Positions 21,839 through 29,434 of a stretch of DNA of 32,000 nucleotides are shown in pieces. Below the pieces are notes generated by a model. The model searched no databases. It was given only the letters and a program-made list of their open reading frames with translations, and was not told where the DNA came from. Both the position numbers and the translations under genes were made by a program. The stretch is from Synechococcus elongatus PCC 6301 (GTDB taxonomy: Bacteria; Cyanobacteriota; Cyanobacteriia; Synechococcales; Synechococcaceae): the NCBI RefSeq assembly GCF_000010065.1, contig NC_006576.1, positions 1,290,001-1,322,000 of the forward strand, read 5' to 3'. Numbering within the stretch: position 1 is the stretch's first letter; each line of letters starts with the position of its first letter.

Positions 21839-23743
21839 ATGACGGACTTCCTACTCCAAACGAGTTGGTTTATTCCCTTTTATGGGCTGATCGGGGCTCT
21901 CCTCACCCTGCCTTGGTCGCTCGGTATCGTCCGTCGGACGGGTCCCCGCCCCGCTGCCTACTTCAACTTTTTACTGACGATCGCCGCCCTCATTCACGGC
22001 GGCATTGCTTTTCGTGCCTGCTGGAATCGCGAGCCCCTGGAGCTAGCTTGGCATTGGCTGCAAGCTGCTGATCTCGATCTCACCTTCACCCTCGAGATCT
22101 CCTCTCTCAGCCTAGGAGCCATGGAACTGGTAACCGGGTTGAGCTGTCTGGCGCAACTCTTTGCCCTCGGCTACCTCGAACGCGACTGGTCCCTCGCCCG
22201 CTTCTTTGCCCTGATGGGCTTTTTTGAAGCAGCGATCAGTGGCATTGCTATTAGCGACTCCCTGTTTTTGAGCTATGGCCTCCTAGAGCTGTTGACGCTC
22301 TCCATTTATCTATTAGTTGGGTTCTGGTACGCCCAACCCCTCGTCGTCACTGCCGCCCGCGATGCCTTTCTGACCAAGCGGGTCGGGGATGTGTTTCTGC
22401 TAATGGGCGTTGTTGCCCTATCCAGCTACGGTACTGGTCTGACTTTTTCCGAACTGGAGCGCTGGTCGGAAACGGCTTCTTTGCCTCCTCTGCAAGCCAC
22501 GTTATTAGGATTGGCACTAATTGCCGGCCCGATTGGTAAATGTGCGCAGTTCCCCCTCCACCTCTGGCTGGATGAAGCCATGGAGGGGCCAAACCCAGCC
22601 TCGATCATGCGGAACTCGGTCGTGGTCGCAGCGGGCGCTTACATTCTGATCAAGCTGCAGCCCGTCGTCACGCTGTCGCCCATCGTCTCTAATGTGCTAA
22701 TTGCGATCGGGGTACTGACTGCGATCGGTGGCTCCTTGGTGGCGATCGCCCAGATCGACTTTAAACGTGCCCTCTCCCACTCCACTAGTGCTTTCCTTGG
22801 TCTGGTGTTTATCGCCGTCGGCCAGCAAGCAGTCGATATTGCGCTGCTGTTGCTCTTCTGCCATGCGGTCGCCAAGGCACTGCAATTTATGAGCGTCGGC
22901 TCAATCATCGCCACCACCAGCAACCAAGATATGCGGGAAATGGGCGGCCTCTGGTCGCGGATGCCGGCCACCACGATCGCCTTTGTGGTCGGATCACTGG
23001 GACTAGTTGCCTGCCTACCCCTCGGAAACTTTTGGACCTTCCGACGCTGGGTCAATGGCTTCTGGGAAGCCCCTGTCTGGCTGCCGCTGCTGCTGATCTT
23101 CGTCAACCTGCTCAGCGCCATCAACTTTGCCCGAATTTTTAACTGGGTTTTCCTTGGTCAACCCCACGCCAAAACCCGGCGGGCTCCCGAAGTGCCCTGG
23201 CCGATGGCAGTGCCGATCGTCTCCTTGGTGATTGTGGTACTCAGTCTGCCGCTGTTCCTCCAGCAATGGCAGCTGTTAGTCACTTGGGCTGCACCGCTCC
23301 TCGCTGATGGCAGCTGGCTCAATCACTACGCCATGCCTTTAATTGCAGCCAGCGGTGGGATTGGCTTCTGGCTTGGCTTTCAAATTCCCTGTCCCCCTGT
23401 GGGCGACATTCGCGGCAAACTCAATCCGGTGCAAGACCTTCTGGCCTACGACTTCTACATCGATCGCATCTATCGCCTGACGGTTGTCGCCCTCGTCAGT
23501 CTGGGTTCCCGCACAGTCTCTTGGATCGATCGCTACATCGTCGATGGTCTGGTTAACGCCGTCGGCTTTGTCGCCCTGATCAGCGGCCAGAGCCTACGCT
23601 ACAGTGCCTCGGGCCAATCTCAGTTCTACGTAATCACCATCCTGATTGGCGTTGCAACCTTGCTAGCCCTGACCTTCGGACTGGGGGATCTCTGGCAGGA
23701 AATCCTCACGCTGCTCCATTCCAGCCCTACCCCTGCGCTCTAG
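21839..23743 (+). CDS. ndhF4: NDH-1 subunit F, CO2-uptake type (NdhF4-like)
   Basis: About 634 aa from the Met at 21839 (MTDFLLQTSWFIPFYGLIG...). It is a polytopic Mrp/NuoL-type antiporter-like subunit (GKCAQFPLHLWLDEAMEGPNPAS). The F4 assignment rests on the cupB/chpX-type gene 30 nt downstream. I rejected the ORF-track TTG at 21758. Confidence 0.85.
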   Translation: MTDFLLQTSWFIPFYGLIGALLTLPWSLGIVRRTGPRPAAYFNFLLTIAALIHGGIAFRACWNREPLELAWHWLQAADLDLTFTLEISSLSLGAMELVTGLSCLAQLFALGYLERDWSLARFFALMGFFEAAISGIAISDSLFLSYGLLELLTLSIYLLVGFWYAQPLVVTAARDAFLTKRVGDVFLLMGVVALSSYGTGLTFSELERWSETASLPPLQATLLGLALIAGPIGKCAQFPLHLWLDEAMEGPNPASIMRNSVVVAAGAYILIKLQPVVTLSPIVSNVLIAIGVLTAIGGSLVAIAQIDFKRALSHSTSAFLGLVFIAVGQQAVDIALLLLFCHAVAKALQFMSVGSIIATTSNQDMREMGGLWSRMPATTIAFVVGSLGLVACLPLGNFWTFRRWVNGFWEAPVWLPLLLIFVNLLSAINFARIFNWVFLGQPHAKTRRAPEVPWPMAVPIVSLVIVVLSLPLFLQQWQLLVTWAAPLLADGSWLNHYAMPLIAASGGIGFWLGFQIPCPPVGDIRGKLNPVQDLLAYDFYIDRIYRLTVVALVSLGSRTVSWIDRYIVDGLVNAVGFVALISGQSLRYSASGQSQFYVITILIGVATLLALTFGLGDLWQEILTLLHSSPTPAL

Positions 23744-23773
23744 TTCACCCCTGACCCGCGAGGAGACATTGGC

Positions 23774-24913
23774 ATGTCTGCAACCACTGCTCGGCCTTTA
23801 CCACCCAACCCCGCCAATGCCGTTTTGGAGCGTTTAGAGGCCGGCGGAGCGCTACTGCTCGATACGCCCGACAACCTGCTGGAGGTGGTGCACATCCTCG
23901 ACAGTTACGGGGTGGTGCTGGATGCCTACTCTCGTAATCTCTGCTACATCGCCGAGAACGAATTTTTAGTGCTGTTCCCGTTCTTCAAGTACTTCAACGG
24001 GCAGGTGACTCCGGCTAAACTCTGGCAGCACTGGGTCCACGATCGCATCAATTTTGAGTACGCCGAATACTGCATGAAAGCCATGTTCTGGCACGGCGGT
24101 GGCGGATTAGATACCTTTCTCGATGGTCCAGAATTTCGGGAACTGGCCGATCGCGCCATTCGGGCACGCTGGCGATCGAATCCTGTGATGCTGGGACTGC
24201 ATCAACTCTTTCCAGACTTTTGGCCGGAATTAATTCGCCAATCGGCCTACTACAGCGCCTTGGGTCAGTTCTGGCGGGTGATGAGCGATATGTTCGCCAG
24301 CCTTGCCGCTCGCTACGCAGCTGGTGAAATCCGCAAAGTTCCCGATGTGGCAACCCATGTTCGCGACGGGTTGGTGGCAGCGGCGGCGATCCCGATTACT
24401 TATAGCGTCGAGATTGACGGCGATCGCTACGACATTCTGCCAGCCTCTGCAGGTTTGACCTTCTTGGCAGACACTGCCATTCCCTACGTCGAAGCCGTCT
24501 TCTTCCGGGGAACACCCTTCCCTGGCACAGTGTCCTATAACGCCCAAGCTCATCAAATCCCTGACGAGCAAAATCAATTTGCCTACGGCGCGCTGTTTGC
24601 CGATCCTTTGCCAATCGGTGGGGCGGGGATTCCTCCAACGCAGTTGATGCAGGACATGGTGCATTATTTGCCGCCAGAACTGCAGGAGTTTTATGCCCAT
24701 CGCACACGAGGTAGTCGCGATGTGCGCGTCAAGATTTGCGAGAGCTTCCAAAAGTCGATGTTCTGTGTGACGACGGGTGCCCTGATGGGGCTAGCTCCCC
24801 ATCCATTGACCACCCAAGTGCCGGAGCAACAGCTTGCCAATCGTCAGTTCCTCCAGCCTTGGCTCGATCGCATTAGTACTACCCGGCTCAGTCGCGTCAA
24901 CGCCCTTTGCTAA
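23774..24913 (+). CDS. cupB: CO2 hydration protein CupB/ChpX
   Basis: 379-aa ORF with ChpXY-family hallmarks (LLLDTPDNLLEVVHILDSYGVVLDAYSRNL, FPFFKYF, HDRINFEYAEYCMKAMFWHGGGG). Its short length fits ChpX rather than ChpY. GAGGAG lies upstream. Confidence 0.9.
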   Translation: MSATTARPLPPNPANAVLERLEAGGALLLDTPDNLLEVVHILDSYGVVLDAYSRNLCYIAENEFLVLFPFFKYFNGQVTPAKLWQHWVHDRINFEYAEYCMKAMFWHGGGGLDTFLDGPEFRELADRAIRARWRSNPVMLGLHQLFPDFWPELIRQSAYYSALGQFWRVMSDMFASLAARYAAGEIRKVPDVATHVRDGLVAAAAIPITYSVEIDGDRYDILPASAGLTFLADTAIPYVEAVFFRGTPFPGTVSYNAQAHQIPDEQNQFAYGALFADPLPIGGAGIPPTQLMQDMVHYLPPELQEFYAHRTRGSRDVRVKICESFQKSMFCVTTGALMGLAPHPLTTQVPEQQLANRQFLQPWLDRISTTRLSRVNALC

Positions 24914-24945
24914 CGCTCAATTCGCCCTTTGGCGAGGAGGCGCCC

Positions 24946-26172
24946 ATGCTGTTTGCAGCGATCGCGGTTCCGATTCAAGCTCCCCTGCCTGCCATGGCGC
25001 TGTTGTTGATGACAGCGCTCTTTTTGCCACCCTTGTTTCGCGCCCTGAAGCTGCCCGAACTACTGGGGCTGATTTTGGCTGGTGTCTTACTGGGACCCAG
25101 CCTGTTCAACATTCTGGAGCCCAAGGCGGATACAGTCGTACTGCTCGCCGGCATTGGCAAGCTCTATCTGATGTTTCTGGCCGGGCTGGAGATCGATCTC
25201 AGCCAGTTCCAAGCGGCTCGCGATCGCTCGCTGCGCTTTGGCTTCGCCACCTTCGCCATTCCGCTGTTAGTGGGCCTGCTGATCGGGTTGGGCTTTGGCT
25301 TTGGCTGGAATAGTGCCTTTTTGATTGGCTCGCTGCTGGCCTCCCATACCCTGTTGACGTTACCGATCGTGGAGCACTACGGACTGCTGCGCCAGCGAGC
25401 TGTAGCGGCAACCCTCGGGGCCACCATCTTCACGGATATTGGGGCGCTGCTGGTGCTGGCAGTTTGCTTAGCAGTGCAATCGGGGGATGGCGGTCTGATC
25501 GCGATCGTGCGAGACCTACTGATTTTTTCCGTATTCATCACCTTGGTACTCTACGGCGTGAAGCCGCTGAGTCGCTGGTTTTTCCGCCTGGCTCACAACA
25601 ACGAGCGCAACCAGTTTCTGTTCATCTTCCTGGTGTTGCTCTTGGTTTCCTTGGGTGCTCAAGCCATTCAGCTCGACATGATCATTGGGGCTTTCTTGGC
25701 AGGGCTGGCCGTGAACGAAACCCTGCAGGATGAACCCGTGCGAGAGAAAGTCGACTTCTTTGGCAAGGTGATGTTCCTGCCCTGCTTCTTCATTGACATT
25801 GGATTGCTGCTTAACCCCGCAGCCTTCTGGGAAACCCTGACCACTGCGGGCAGCCTCACCTTTGCGATCGTGGGTGGCCTGTTTGGCAGCAAGTTCCTCG
25901 CTGCAATCGCAGTCAAACAATGGGAGGGCTACAGCTGGCCCGAAGTACGCCTGATGTGGTCACTGTCTCTCCCTCAAGTGGCAGCAACCTTAGCGGCAGC
26001 TCAGGCCGGCTTGCAAGCACAACTCCTTTCACCCGCTGTCTTCGATAGCATCATTGCCTTGGTACTCATTACGGTACTGGTAGGACCATTACTCACTGAT
26101 CGCTTTGCCCAGCAGATCTGCAGTGTGCCCAAACGAGAAGGCCGGTCAGCACCCGTACCTTCCCTCGATTAA
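24946..26172 (+). CDS. CPA2-family monovalent cation:proton antiporter, membrane domain only
   Basis: About 408 aa from the ATG at 24946, which is preceded by GAGGAGG (24934-24940). It has a Kef/NapA-like polytopic sequence (LPELLGLILAGVLLGPS, YLMFLAGLEIDL) and no C-terminal RCK/KTN domain. I rejected the ORF-track TTG at 24907, which overlaps cupB. The last 15 codons lie inside direct repeat DR-L. Confidence 0.85.
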   Translation: MLFAAIAVPIQAPLPAMALLLMTALFLPPLFRALKLPELLGLILAGVLLGPSLFNILEPKADTVVLLAGIGKLYLMFLAGLEIDLSQFQAARDRSLRFGFATFAIPLLVGLLIGLGFGFGWNSAFLIGSLLASHTLLTLPIVEHYGLLRQRAVAATLGATIFTDIGALLVLAVCLAVQSGDGGLIAIVRDLLIFSVFITLVLYGVKPLSRWFFRLAHNNERNQFLFIFLVLLLVSLGAQAIQLDMIIGAFLAGLAVNETLQDEPVREKVDFFGKVMFLPCFFIDIGLLLNPAAFWETLTTAGSLTFAIVGGLFGSKFLAAIAVKQWEGYSWPEVRLMWSLSLPQVAATLAAAQAGLQAQLLSPAVFDSIIALVLITVLVGPLLTDRFAQQICSVPKREGRSAPVPSLD

Positions 26173-26175
26173 GTG
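26128..26175. repeat. DR-L: left copy of a 48-bp imperfect direct repeat
   Basis: cccaaacgagaaggccggtcagcacccgtaccttccctcgattaagtg matches 27330-27377 at 43 of 48 positions, including a 22-nt perfect core (ggtcagcacccgtaccttccct). Confidence 0.9.
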
Positions 26176-26549
26176 TGAACTTGTGCTGTCTTAGCCCTCT
26201 CAAGGCGTGCCACTGATGCACAAGAGGGCAAGCAAGTCAGGCTGGAGTGGGCCAACAGCCTCAAACTTAATGACCTGACAACCATCTCCTGTAAGCAAAG
26301 GCAAAACTATGACAAAACGCTGTCACTTCACTGCAGCGCTCGACCCTTACCCGAGGCAGACGGGGATTGAATCAGGAGGTATGGCTCACCCTGCTTTGGG
26401 TGGAGGTCTCGCATGGGTTGAACCACTGGGACAATCTGAAGGCACAGCCTAACTGTCTTTAGGAATCATTCTGAGACTGCAAACGCTATTTCCCCTACTG
26501 AATAGGGATTGGGAGCAATTGGGCACGAACAACGGTGCGTCATGCGAGG

Positions 26550-26840
26550 TTATGGACTGAGCCGACCTTTCCAAGCCTCTGGATCGCGACGACAGCTTAT
26601 GACTGCTGCGATGATGATGCGATCGGAATCTACGCGGTAGAAGATCGCGTAGGAGAACTTGGAAGTCAGGTAGCGTCGAATCTGCCCCTCAACGACTGGC
26701 CAACGCTGCGGCGCTGCAAGAATTTGGAAGATAGCTTTCTCGATTGTGTCAATAAAGCTTTGGTGCTGATTGCTCTGACTAAAAAACTGCACCGCTTCCG
26801 CATACTCTTGCAGAGCTGTTGGATGAAACTCGTACCTCAC
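26550..26840 (-). CDS. Type II toxin, RelE/ParE superfamily
   Basis: 96-aa ORF with a GTG start that overlaps the antitoxin stop in a GTGA. The size and sequence pattern (...RRYLTSKFSYAIFYRVDSDRIIIAAVISCRRDP) fit the ParE/RelE plasmid-stabilisation fold. Confidence 0.8.
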   Translation of the reverse strand: MRYEFHPTALQEYAEAVQFFSQSNQHQSFIDTIEKAIFQILAAPQRWPVVEGQIRRYLTSKFSYAIFYRVDSDRIIIAAVISCRRDPEAWKGRLSP

Positions 26841-27067
26841 TGACCAAACATTTGCCGAATTTGCGCTAGGGCTGCATCACCAGGAATAGTTTGCACAGTC
26901 CCATTATCGATTTCAGTAAGACGAGTCTGAGCTTGCTTCACACCCTGGCGCAGAGCGTCATAGTCCATTGCTCCTGTGATGCTTTCGAGAAGCTTATCTA
27001 GCAGGACTGCTTTATCGGCCTCGGGGAGCGCTGTCGCCTCCGAAATTAGCTGCTCTAGGGTCAACAT
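26837..27067 (-). CDS. Antitoxin (addiction-module component, TIGR02574-like)
   Basis: 76-aa acidic helical ORF (MLTLEQLISEATALPEADKAVLLDKLLESI...) immediately upstream of the toxin and overlapping it, which is the usual antitoxin-first arrangement. Confidence 0.75.
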   Translation of the reverse strand: MLTLEQLISEATALPEADKAVLLDKLLESITGAMDYDALRQGVKQAQTRLTEIDNGTVQTIPGDAALAQIRQMFGQ

Positions 27068-27329
27068 ATCGCTACCCGCGCTAGGGGAGATTATTCATTG
27101 TACTCTGACTCCTAAATAGTGGACGTTTTATTCTTGCTCCTAGACGAGATTTGATTTCACAGACCATCTTGGTGTACATCCCAAACAGTTTTTAGAAATC
27201 GCCAATAAATCTCATTTTCTCCTTTTACTTAACTTCTAAATCTCTATAAATTTTATCGATTTCACTGCTTATTTTGACAACTTAAAGCAAGCAGAATTCT
27301 GACAAGTAAATACCAGCATTATTTGTATT

Positions 27330-27377
27330 CCCAAACGGGAAGGCTGGTCAGCACCCGTACCTTCCCTGGATTCAGCG
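27330..27377. repeat. DR-R: right copy of the 48-bp imperfect direct repeat
   Basis: cccaaacgggaaggctggtcagcacccgtaccttccctggattcagcg. It lies in the gap 25 nt beyond the stop of the convergent Coq4-like gene. A HIP1 site follows 16 nt later (27393-27400). Confidence 0.9.
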
Positions 27378-27401
27378 CCAAACGAACTGGTCGCGATCGC
27401 C

Positions 27402-28049
27402 CTAAACCGGCAAATTCAGTACCTGCCGCCATTGCTCCAGGGGCCAATCCCAGTGATCTTCCCAGCGCTGCGCTACCAACAACTCCGCTTTGTCTGCTAG
27501 CTCAATTCCCCGCGCCACTTGTCGCAGGATCGGTGCTGGATCTCGCCCTTCCTTGATGGTTTTGAGCAGACCACCGGCGATCAGCAGCACGGCCAAGGGA
27601 GTTCGATTTTGCCGGAGGTTGAATGCTTGCAAACCGAGTTCACTGGCGGGATCAGTGCCAAAGCCGGTGATCACGTGGGCGATATCATGGGTGACTCGCA
27701 GCCGCTCCACAATGTACTCATCAGCATTGGTTGCCGGTTTCGCGGGCTGAAGGTCATCAGGCGAGAGGTTTTGGCCCAGTAGCAGCGAAGCATAGGCTTG
27801 GCCGAGAGTGCCCGTGGGCAGTTGGTTGAGTGCTTCAAGAGCAGGGCGCGCAGGAGCATAATTCTCCGCAGCGAGCTGGGCAACTGCCGGATGCGACAGC
27901 ATCCAACGCCGGCTCTGAGCAGCAATTTCAGTTTTGTTGAGGGAATCGGCGATCGCAATCACGCGATCGAGGCTTTCGGCACGGGCAGCTTTCAAAAAGC
28001 CCACCAGCGTCCGCAAGTTTTCTAGTCGTTGGCCTAAATTGATCAACAT
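27402..28049 (-). CDS. Coq4-family protein (HDxxH-x11-E metal-site motif)
   Basis: 215-aa ORF. The motif H121-D-I-A-H125-x11-E137 (THDIAHVITGFGTDPASELG, nt 27639-27689) matches the Coq4 family signature. Confidence 0.7.
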   Translation of the reverse strand: MLINLGQRLENLRTLVGFLKAARAESLDRVIAIADSLNKTEIAAQSRRWMLSHPAVAQLAAENYAPARPALEALNQLPTGTLGQAYASLLLGQNLSPDDLQPAKPATNADEYIVERLRVTHDIAHVITGFGTDPASELGLQAFNLRQNRTPLAVLLIAGGLLKTIKEGRDPAPILRQVARGIELADKAELLVAQRWEDHWDWPLEQWRQVLNLPV

Positions 28050-28184
28050 GGTAAATCCTCTCAGCCGCCCCCACTCTAAGAGCAGAGGTCTGCACCCCCC
28101 AGAGAGTTCCTGCTTGTTTTAAGACAGGCGACTCCAGATCTACTTCTGGTTGATGAGCAACCGTGATTGGAGACGACGGGTGAT

Positions 28185-29273
28185 TCAAGATCGCTGACGC
28201 ACGCCTCGATATTGAACTTGCCGCTGCAGTGCATAGTGCTTAGCAAACCGAGGCAAATCGCCACTGTGGCCGATCACAATCAGGGTGTCACCTGCATGCA
28301 AGAAGAGATCGGAGCCCGGCCGAAGGATCATTTCGCCAGTGGCTCGCCGCAGCGCCACGATAATAAATGCGCCTTTGCCGCTGACTTCGATCGCCCCGAG
28401 ACGATGGCCGATCAAGGGCGATTGGGGAGCGATCGCCAGCTCATCCATTTGGATATCCAGTTCACCGAGCAGTTCGTTCAGAGTTTGGTGACTATCGCTG
28501 CTTTCTAAGAGGTTGAGCGCCGCCGGATGGGTAATTAAGTGCGCCATGCGCAGTGCGCCGATCGTGGCGGGCAGCACCACGCGATCGGCCCCCGCTTGTA
28601 GGAGTTTTTTTTCGGTGGCGGGCAGTTCTCCCCGAGCAATGATCGTCAAATTGGGATTCAAGCCGCGAGCCGTCAGGGTGATGAAGACATTGGCTGCATC
28701 ATCGGGCAGGGCTGTTGCGATCGTTGCCGCTCGTTCTACGCCTGCATCGATCAGGATGGCTTCGTCTGTAGCACTGCCGCGCAAGGCTAAAAATCCTTGT
28801 TCTTCCGCTTGGCGAATTCTTGTTTCATCGGTGTCGATCACAATGACTGGCAGACTGGCCTCAGTCACCTTTCGCGCCAAGGTCTGCCCAATGCGACCAA
28901 AGCCACAAACAATGACATGCCGCTGCAGGGTGCGAATCTCTCGAGTCATCCGTCGTACGCCCAAGGCGCGTCGAATTTCACCTTCGGTTACCAGCTGCGC
29001 CAGTCCACCAATCAGGTACACGGCGGAGGAAGTGCCCGCCAGAATGACAAAGATTGTGAAGATGCGCAGGGCGGGGGTATTGATAGGGCGAACTTCGCCG
29101 TAGCCGACCCCAAAGATCGTGATCACGACCATGTAGATCGCGTCGAGTAAACTCCAGCCCGACAGCCAGTAACCCAAGATGGCGATCGCTTGGGTGGCAA
29201 GGAAAAACAGTCCCCCAATCACCACCTTGCGGAGAGCAGGCGGTAGCGATCGCCGAGGTGAGCCAGCCGTCAT
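28185..29273 (-). CDS. Two-TM K+ channel with cytoplasmic RCK (TrkA-N/TrkA-C) domain, MthK-like
   Basis: It has the selectivity filter TIFGVGYGEV between two TM helices, a Rossmann motif VIVCGFGRIGQ and a C-terminal TrkA-C-like segment. I chose the Met at 29273 as the start. An upstream GTG at 29339 is also possible. Confidence 0.85.
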   Translation of the reverse strand: MTAGSPRRSLPPALRKVVIGGLFFLATQAIAILGYWLSGWSLLDAIYMVVITIFGVGYGEVRPINTPALRIFTIFVILAGTSSAVYLIGGLAQLVTEGEIRRALGVRRMTREIRTLQRHVIVCGFGRIGQTLARKVTEASLPVIVIDTDETRIRQAEEQGFLALRGSATDEAILIDAGVERAATIATALPDDAANVFITLTARGLNPNLTIIARGELPATEKKLLQAGADRVVLPATIGALRMAHLITHPAALNLLESSDSHQTLNELLGELDIQMDELAIAPQSPLIGHRLGAIEVSGKGAFIIVALRRATGEMILRPGSDLFLHAGDTLIVIGHSGDLPRFAKHYALQRQVQYRGVRQRS

Positions 29274-29434
29274 GGCATCGGGACGCGATGGATGTTTGTG
29301 TTCTAGTCGGAGTCGGTCAATCGGAACTGTATCCAGCACAGCGATCGTCCCAGGCTGAGCTAAAGCTGGGCTTAAATCTCCTCTCAGGTGCCATTCATCA
29401 CTGGCCTACTAGAGAGAGTCCTGAACTGTTCAGC

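Larger units (their letters stand above)
26176..27329. mobile_element. Putative inserted islet carrying a type II toxin-antitoxin pair (no recombinase present)
   Basis: The segment is bracketed by DR-L and DR-R. It contains no exact GCGATCGC, and it ends in an AT-rich tract of about 260 bp that is atypical for this genome. Its only recognisable genes are the TA pair. Confidence 0.4.

Noticed and set aside
22347-23266. Antisense ORFs inside ndhF4 (for example 22639..23124, 161 aa) and inside cupB (24230..24751, 173 aa)
   Set aside because: They lie opposite strongly supported membrane or ChpX coding sequence. They have no RBS, and their products are hydrophilic Arg/Pro-rich.
27323-27556. 77-aa plus-strand ORF starting in the AT-rich tract and running through DR-R
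   Set aside because: It runs through the duplicated 48-mer and the antisense strand of the Coq4-like gene end. It has no RBS, and its low-complexity Pro/Ala/Ser product looks fortuitous.
28513-29103. 196-aa plus-strand ORF antisense to the K+ channel gene
   Set aside because: The channel frame carries the GYG filter and RCK motifs. The antisense product is Arg/Ala/Ser-rich with no recognisable features.
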